This document shows positions 7,012 to 12,174 of a DNA stretch of 12,174 nt, one piece after another. The notes beneath the pieces were generated by a model. It had not been told where the DNA came from and searched no databases. It was given only the letters and a program-made list of their open reading frames with translations. The position numbers and the translations under genes are program-made. Origin of the DNA: Thermodesulfobacteriota bacterium (GTDB lineage Bacteria; Desulfobacterota_D; UBA1144; Nemesobacterales; JAJCZQ01); the NCBI GenBank assembly GCA_965203965.1, contig CBDBDR010000006.1, positions 1-12,174 on the forward strand. Direction: 5' to 3'. Each line of letters begins with the position of its first letter. Position 1 is the stretch's first letter.

Positions 7012-9246
7012 CTAGTTATATCTAAAAAAAAATTTTTTCTCTCGATCGCAAACATAAACGACGGTACCTTCATGCGCATAAGGTGAGATACAAATACCAT
7101 CTGCAAACTCTATTTCGCTTCCAAAAGACTGAATAAGTGCTCCTTCTTGGTTAAAGATCTTGACTGGTTTATATCCACGATCGGTAACTAAACAGAAATC
7201 CTCTTCATCAACAAATAGGTTTTGTGGTTGATAGAGGTGACCTCTGCCATATTCTCGAACATACTCGCCACTGGAATTATACACCTTGATACAGCCACTG
7301 TAAAACTGTGTAGCGTGTATGTTGCAAGATGTGTCGAGAGCAATTCCTTGTACCTTGTCTGGCAGTGGAATGGTAAAGAAGTGTGAAAAATCTGAATTGA
7401 AGATTTGAATGCGTTTGTTCCCGCTTTCACCAACATAAATTCTTCCTTCTTCATCAACAGCCAAACCATTTGGTCCATCAAACTGCCCTTCTCCAGGCCC
7501 TTTACCACCAAACCTGGCTTGTACTTCACCATCTTTTGTTAATTTTATCACCTCATTTAACCCGCAGTCAGTTACGATTAGTATATTTTCTCCTAGCGTT
7601 GCAATGGCATGCAACTGCTCAGCTCCATCAACTGTAATGATGGAAGATATTTTATCATACCTGCCTGAGTACAAACCAAGGCCCATCTTGTATATATGCT
7701 GACCCTGATACACAGTAACATAGACGGTGAAATGCCCAGGAGCTACACATGCTGGACTGGACGACAAGGCGAGTTCATAATCAACGTTCTTAACGTCAGG
7801 ATAATTGATAGCATTCCTAGCGTACATTTTGAAGGGGCTACCTTTGATAGGTTGCTTACGAATGCTCACATGTAGGTAGATGGTACGAAAAACTGGAAGT
7901 CTTGGAATTCTTGAAAAACATGGCAATGTAACAGAAACTTTGTACCTGCCATTTCCATCATCAGCTACGTTGCCGTTTTCCCATTCAAAATCAAAATTAG
8001 CATATTGACAAATGACCATCTCTCCACCTCGGCCATAGGGACGACCAGATTCATCTCTAGCCTCTACAATCAAAGTTCTTCGTCTTTCGCATACAAGACG
8101 ATTAGTTTGATAACCAACTATGGTAGAAGTTGCAGGGCAGCAACCACCATTGACATGGCCAAGAGATAGCTGCTCCATGGGGTTGACGGTTACTTCTAAG
8201 AAGTCGTCTACAGGCGGCAAAGGAAGAAAAGCTCTGTAATCATCCAGTTTTTTATCTAGTGCTGCTTGGTGTAAATGGGCAGCAGCAAGAACCTCAGAAT
8301 CACGATAGGTGTCCACTAACAACTGAGTTGTTTGTAGAACAGAGGAAATTTCATCTCTTTTCTCTTCAAGCTTTTCATTCTGGATGCACATAAGAGTGCA
8401 TTTTGATGTAACGACAGTATCTACTTGCGCTATCAGTGTCCGCCTTTGCTTCTTCAGTGTTTCAATGATGTTATCAAAGGTAACATTGATGGAGGTTTTT
8501 GCTTTGTCAGCATTCTCTTTCAAATTGTTCTGTGCTGTCCGTCCATCTTGAATGCGTTCTTCAAGTTTTTCGACTGCATCAACAATTTGAGGCATGGATT
8601 TAGTCAGCGACTCTTTCTTTTTAAGGACAGCTGTGTCAATCGTTGATGACAAACTATAACAGTAGCGGTGATCATCATCACCATACTCTTGTTTTTCAAC
8701 AGCACATTTGGAGCAGGCAAACTGATTACAGGAAACACAAAAATGCGAACCAACTTCGGAGTGTTTGGGACAAGAAATTTGTACAGGTGGGCTGAGGGCA
8801 CTGATATCGTGCTTGGGCAAGTCCGCTAAATCACGACCAGTGTGGTTCTTCAACTTTTGGTGCTCTAACTCACAGTCGTTACAAAGAAACTCGCCACAAT
8901 CGAGACAATAGACAGCTGCATGTACACGAACAGCAGGATCCCTTGAGCTGCATTTTTCACAGGTCGGAGAATCTCGCAGTTTCGAGAGCACCACAGCACC
9001 TGCCGTCTCCTGTGCCAAACGAACGTTTTGAGGAAGGCCGTTCACTTTGTTCCTACCTAGAGATGTAGTCTGTGAACAAGTAGGGCAGCAGATGGTGGAA
9101 TCGCTGGATATAAATTCTTCCAAGCAGTCTTTACAGAAAGAGTGAAGGCAGCTCAAAGTACGAGGATCTCGGTAGAAATGCTTAGAGCGATCTTGATCCA
9201 GTGGACAGAAATACTTACGGACGGAGCAGTCTGAACTGATTGCCAT
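7012..9246 (-). CDS. TRIM-NHL protein B (TRIM2/TRIM3/TRIM71-like), intronless, 744 aa; tandem paralog of A
   Basis: Single uninterrupted ORF with the same domain order as A and long identical stretches, e.g. LPLPPVDDFLEVTVNPMEQLSLGHVNGGCCPATSTIVGYQTNRLVCER. NHL motif GQFDGPNGLAVDEEGRIYV. Confidence 0.95.
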   Translation of the reverse strand: MAISSDCSVRKYFCPLDQDRSKHFYRDPRTLSCLHSFCKDCLEEFISSDSTICCPTCSQTTSLGRNKVNGLPQNVRLAQETAGAVVLSKLRDSPTCEKCSSRDPAVRVHAAVYCLDCGEFLCNDCELEHQKLKNHTGRDLADLPKHDISALSPPVQISCPKHSEVGSHFCVSCNQFACSKCAVEKQEYGDDDHRYCYSLSSTIDTAVLKKKESLTKSMPQIVDAVEKLEERIQDGRTAQNNLKENADKAKTSINVTFDNIIETLKKQRRTLIAQVDTVVTSKCTLMCIQNEKLEEKRDEISSVLQTTQLLVDTYRDSEVLAAAHLHQAALDKKLDDYRAFLPLPPVDDFLEVTVNPMEQLSLGHVNGGCCPATSTIVGYQTNRLVCERRRTLIVEARDESGRPYGRGGEMVICQYANFDFEWENGNVADDGNGRYKVSVTLPCFSRIPRLPVFRTIYLHVSIRKQPIKGSPFKMYARNAINYPDVKNVDYELALSSSPACVAPGHFTVYVTVYQGQHIYKMGLGLYSGRYDKISSIITVDGAEQLHAIATLGENILIVTDCGLNEVIKLTKDGEVQARFGGKGPGEGQFDGPNGLAVDEEGRIYVGESGNKRIQIFNSDFSHFFTIPLPDKVQGIALDTSCNIHATQFYSGCIKVYNSSGEYVREYGRGHLYQPQNLFVDEEDFCLVTDRGYKPVKIFNQEGALIQSFGSEIEFADGICISPYAHEGTVVYVCDREKKFFFRYN

Positions 9247-9283
9247 TTATTACTGAAGTACTAGGAGTTACGAATACGCATGA

Positions 9284-9327
9284 ATGCCTCGCGCTGAGTT
9301 TATGTATTTATGCCTCGCGCTGAGTTT
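9284..9327. repeat. 18-bp direct repeat (ATGCCTCGCGCTGAGTTT x2, 8-bp spacer)
   Basis: 9284-9301 and 9310-9327 are identical. Confidence 0.9.
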
Positions 9328-9437
9328 GCCCTCACACGAGGGCAATAACCGACATTAATGACCGCGGGAAAGTCGGTTGCCCGAGTTACGGTCGAGGGCG
9401 ACTGTACGAGGGCAACCGACTTTCCCGAGGTCATTAA
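9326..9437 (+). repeat. Double-hairpin interspersed repeat, copy 1 (truncated, 9-bp internal deletion)
   Basis: Small hairpin TTGCCCTC-acac-GAGGGCAA, then a long stem TTAATGACC.CGGGAAAGTCGGTTGCCC / GGGCAACCGACTTTCCCG.GGTCATTAA. Matches 10442-10577 and the reverse complement of 11984-12119. Confidence 0.92.
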
Positions 9438-9957
9438 GCCAGGAAAACCCGAACTATTCTTTCTTGCTGCCCTTTGCACAATATAATCTACAGTGTCCTG
9501 GCTATTACTTGCCCGTTTTACAAGGAAAATGGGTGTACCCACACTCCAATAGCACTTGCCGTATTTGGAACAAAATTATTTCGTACTCGGCAATCACGAG
9601 AGACCCACATAGGGGTGTGTGGGTGGGTGGGTTGTGGGAAGGGCGGGAGGGCGTCAGGTGGCATTTCTTTGGCGCTCTGGCAAAAGGAGATGTATCTTCT
9701 TCCATCGCTCTTGCTGGTAGGGGATTTTTGCCGAAATCGTTTGTTCTCATTAAATATTCGCCCCTCTGTAACTTACAGACAGAGACCTTTTTGCAAAATC
9801 CGATACATACGTTTCTTCCTTGTCTACCAAAGTTTATGTCTGACATTTTGTGTGGGTGTGGCATGCTCAGGAAAGACTTTTCGTCATTGGGTGGGGCTTG
9901 CTACGCCCACAAGACGAATGGCGACTTTCTTGGGTGATCAGTGTGACTGACCAAACC

Positions 9958-10374
9958 TAGCCTCGTCCCCAGGCTCCACCCTCTCGGCACTATTTTGTTC
10001 CGACAGGGAGCCTGGTCGCTAATCTCACGTGATGCGCCTTACCTGTCTACGGAGAGTAGACAGGTAATTAGTGCGCGTGGGCATACTAGCCCTGCATGCC
10101 CACCATGCCTAGCCAGCCTGGGGACGAGGCTACACCATGCCCACGTATTTTGCTAACTCCACCTAATTACGACCGGAACTAGCTACGGCACAGTACAGAG
10201 ATGGAATCAGACGAATCGAAGTGGCTGAAGAGTCGACTAACAACCGAGACTAACAACCGAATGGCGTGGGTATGCGGTATGTCCAAGCCCACGCTCATTA
10301 TCTTCGCTGCGCTCACGTGAGATTAGCGACCAGGCTCTCCGTACAGATAAGTGGAGAGCCTGGGGACGAGGCTA
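9958..10374. mobile_element. 417-bp MITE with 19-bp TIRs and a 9-bp TSD (AcademH- or Mutator-type TSD length)
   Basis: TIR TAGCCTCGTCCCCAGGCTC / GAGCCTGGGGACGAGGCTA. TSD GACCAAACC at 9949-9957 and 10375-10383. Perfect 25-bp subterminal IR at 10008-10032 / 10313-10337. Confidence 0.93.
10110..10132. mobile_element. 23-bp remnant of a same-family element nested in the MITE, with its own 9-bp TSD
   Basis: TAGCC + AGCCTGGGGACGAGGCTA, flanked by CACCATGCC at 10101-10109 and 10133-10141. Confidence 0.85.
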
Positions 10375-10441
10375 GACCAAACCTTCAACTAACAGTAGAA
10401 ACCAAAATATTCGTAATCCTGATGTTTGGGATTTCCACCCT

Positions 10442-10577
10442 TAAGTATTAGTTATTGCCCTCACGCGAGGGCAATAACCAACATTAATGACCGCGGGAAA
10501 GTCGGTTTCCCGAGTAACGGTCGAGGGCGCAGCCCGAGACTGTACGAGGGCAACCGACTTTCCCGAGGTCATTAATG
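10442..10577 (+). repeat. Double-hairpin interspersed repeat, copy 2 (retains the TAAGTATTAGTTATT terminus)
   Basis: 136 bp, with 3 mismatches to the reverse complement of 11984-12119. Confidence 0.93.
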
Positions 10578-10582
10578 CATTA

Positions 10583-10603
10583 TAATAATAATAATAATAA
10601 TAA
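10583..10603. repeat. (TAA)n microsatellite
   Basis: About 7 TAA/ATA units read directly. Confidence 0.85.
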
Positions 10604-10800
10604 GAACTAATTATTGTCAGTAGTCACATAATCTCTCCACGTCACTGAAGACAGTAGTTCATAATGAGTTGACTCAGTCCTCCAGGGGCTCACCAAACAT
10701 GACCTTACTCACCATGATGATACACAGCTGGACCGAGGAGGCTGCGATGGTCTGTCAACATGCATTAAATTTCAAACGCTTGTTGTCTAACATTTGATGA

Positions 10801-10937
10801 TGTTATGCATTAGTGTTATGCATTAGTGTTATGCATTAGTGTTATGCATTAGTGTTATGCATTAGTGTTATGCATTAGTGTTATGCATTAGTGTTATGCA
10901 TTAGTGTTATGCAATAGTGTTATGCATTAGTGTTATG
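10801..10937. repeat. 13-bp minisatellite (TGTTATGCATTAG) x10.5
   Basis: Units start every 13 nt from 10801, with one variant unit (GCAATAG) at 10905. About 1.3 inverted units occur at 11344-11362. Confidence 0.97.
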
Positions 10938-10940
10938 AAT

Positions 10941-11456
10941 GCATTATTAATAACTATTATTGTCAGTAGGTATGATAACTAAATTAATTTAATTATTGGC
11001 ATTATCTACTCTATTGTCAACGTACTGATTTTTATTGTGACACCTGGTATTCACAGTTCTTTTTCGATTTTGGATCTGATAGGTTCAAGATGTGCAGCCT
11101 TGCCTTCTTCGTGGTTCTAAGCATGCTTTTGAATCATGGACACGTCTTTTCTCATGTCATGGCTCCCAGAGTGATGCGAGGGTGGATACGGTCGCTTGGT
11201 TGACGGCCTTAGAACTTGAGGAATGGCAAATCTTCCATAATCTATTATGGAAGATTACTCTTGAACCTCACGAAAATAAATTCCATAATCTCCTTCCATA
11301 ATCTATTAGATGATGTCGGTGATAACTGATACATAACAACAGTCACTAATGCATAACACTAGTTATTTATAATTAGTTAATAATGATAATGCCAATAATT
11401 AAATGAGTTTATGTTATCATACCTACTGACTACAATACTACAATTTGTAATAATGC
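10941..11456. mobile_element. AT-rich inverted-repeat (MITE/foldback-like) element
   Basis: Imperfect arms of about 65-70 bp at 10941-11006 and 11385-11456 share GTCAGTAGGTATGATAAC and ATTTAATTATTGGCATTATC. A partial arm copy lies at about 10575-10624. No TSD identified. Confidence 0.6.
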
Positions 11457-11458
11457 TG

Positions 11459-12119
11459 ACTATGTAATACTGCTTGTAATCAGTACAAGCAGTCAACTAT
11501 GTAAGTAGTTATTACATAGTACGTCATCTTTCACCAATCAGATTGCTCTATTCGAGGGCATTAACCCTTTAACCCCTACTGACGCCTTTAGGCGTCATAA
11601 ATAGTACCACCCACATTGGACATCATAAATAGTGTGTAGAGTGCCTCAGAAATCTCTAATTAAGCCAAAGTGTAGAATGGGAATTTTCCTTAAAAAAAAA
11701 CGAAAATTGTTTCTCGCGCCTATTCAACTAAAACGTTACTGTAACCGAAGATTGACATAGGCTTGTATTCCGTAGGGTGGAACCGAAAGGCACTTGGCGT
11801 CGAGAAATTTTTGGCATTTTTGTGGCTTCAGGATGCCCGGAAACGCACACTTTGCATTGATCATGGTCTAAACAGTCCTGTAGTGTCTTTGCGAGTTTGA
11901 AAAATTCGCGATGTTATTGCGCTTACAGTGATGAACTATGTAATAAATCATTTATTGCCCTACACAACTCGGGCAATAACCGACATTAATGACCTCGGGA
12001 AAGTCGGTTGCCCTCGTACAGTCTCGGGCTGCGTTCTCGACCGTTACTCGGGAAACCGACTTTCCCGCGGTCATTAATGTCGGTTATTGCCCTCGCGTGA
12101 GGGCAATAACTAATACTTA
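11459..12119 (-). mobile_element. Non-autonomous element with hairpin ends and an internal junction complementary to both ends; contains the most complete copy (copy 3, 11952-12119) of the double-hairpin repeat; possibly tyrosine-recombinase (Crypton/DIRS-type) associated
   Basis: 43-bp stem 11971-12013 / 12050-12092 (2 mismatches) flanked by two small TTATTGCCC..GGGCAATAA hairpins. 12-bp IR TTATTACATAGT 11509-11520 / ACTATGTAATAA 11935-11946. Left-end hairpins at 11469-11493 and 11496-11520. The left boundary and the family are inferred. Confidence 0.55.
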
Positions 12120-12174
12120 TACAAGTAATAAAAACATTTTAACCAAAATGGAAGAGATTTAGGGTTGGTACATT

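Larger units (their letters stand above)
9438..10440. mobile_element. Putative non-autonomous TTAA-flanked DNA transposon (Kolobok-like), containing the MITE
   Basis: TTAA at 9434-9437 and 10441-10444. Imperfect 17-bp TIRs, GCCAGGAAAACCCGAAC versus the reverse complement GGGTGGAAATCCCAAAC (12/17 identical). No transposase motif seen. Confidence 0.4.

Noticed and set aside
4531..8801. Short ORFs overlapping the TRIM genes (4531, 5007, 5203, 7188, 8425, 8604)
   Set aside because: Shadow or alternate frames; similarity between them just reflects the TRIM duplication.
9300..9950. Overlapping ORFs of 80-186 aa as a transposase or recombinase
   Set aside because: No DDE, tyrosine recombinase, RT or helicase motifs; several use non-ATG starts and run through hairpin repeats.
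10705..10760. Minus-strand micro-exon-like segment (TTGACAG...GTGAGT)
   Set aside because: Isolated, with no partner exons or recognisable peptide.
10801..10937. CRISPR array or telomeric repeat
   Set aside because: Contiguous 13-bp units with no spacers; not TTAGGG-like; eukaryotic interstitial context.
11561..11663. piggyBac-like left end TTAA-CCCTTT with hairpin TGACGCCT-tt-AGGCGTCA
   Set aside because: No matching AAAGGG-TTAA right end in the window; at most a solitary terminus.
11952..12109. Hairpin repeat as a tRNA, SINE or miRNA gene
   Set aside because: No cloverleaf or Pol III A/B boxes; multi-copy truncated context fits mobile DNA, and no expression evidence is available.

Overview
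Eukaryotic genomic DNA with very short (46-75 nt) GT-AG introns. It looks animal, and a demosponge-like genome is my inference from intron size and repeat style. Left to right: (1) the 3' part of a Miro/RHOT mitochondrial Rho GTPase gene (+, <1-2079), with an apparent 1-nt frameshift in one exon; (2) a convergent 6-exon gene for a secreted stand-alone DUF547 protein of bacterial-type architecture (-, 2223-3355); (3) a tandem cluster of two intronless 744-aa TRIM-NHL genes (RING, 2 B-boxes, coiled coil, filamin, NHL) that share an atypical RING and show patchwork identity, interspersed with two NHL pseudogene fragments (one chimeric) and remnants of unidentified genes; (4) from ~9280 to the end, nested non-autonomous mobile DNA. 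That stretch holds three copies of a double-hairpin repeat, a possible TTAA-flanked element, a 417-bp MITE with a 9-bp TSD that contains a 23-bp footprint of its own family, a 13-bp minisatellite and an AT-rich inverted-repeat element. No transposase, RNA gene or CRISPR array is supported. All alignments were done by eye.
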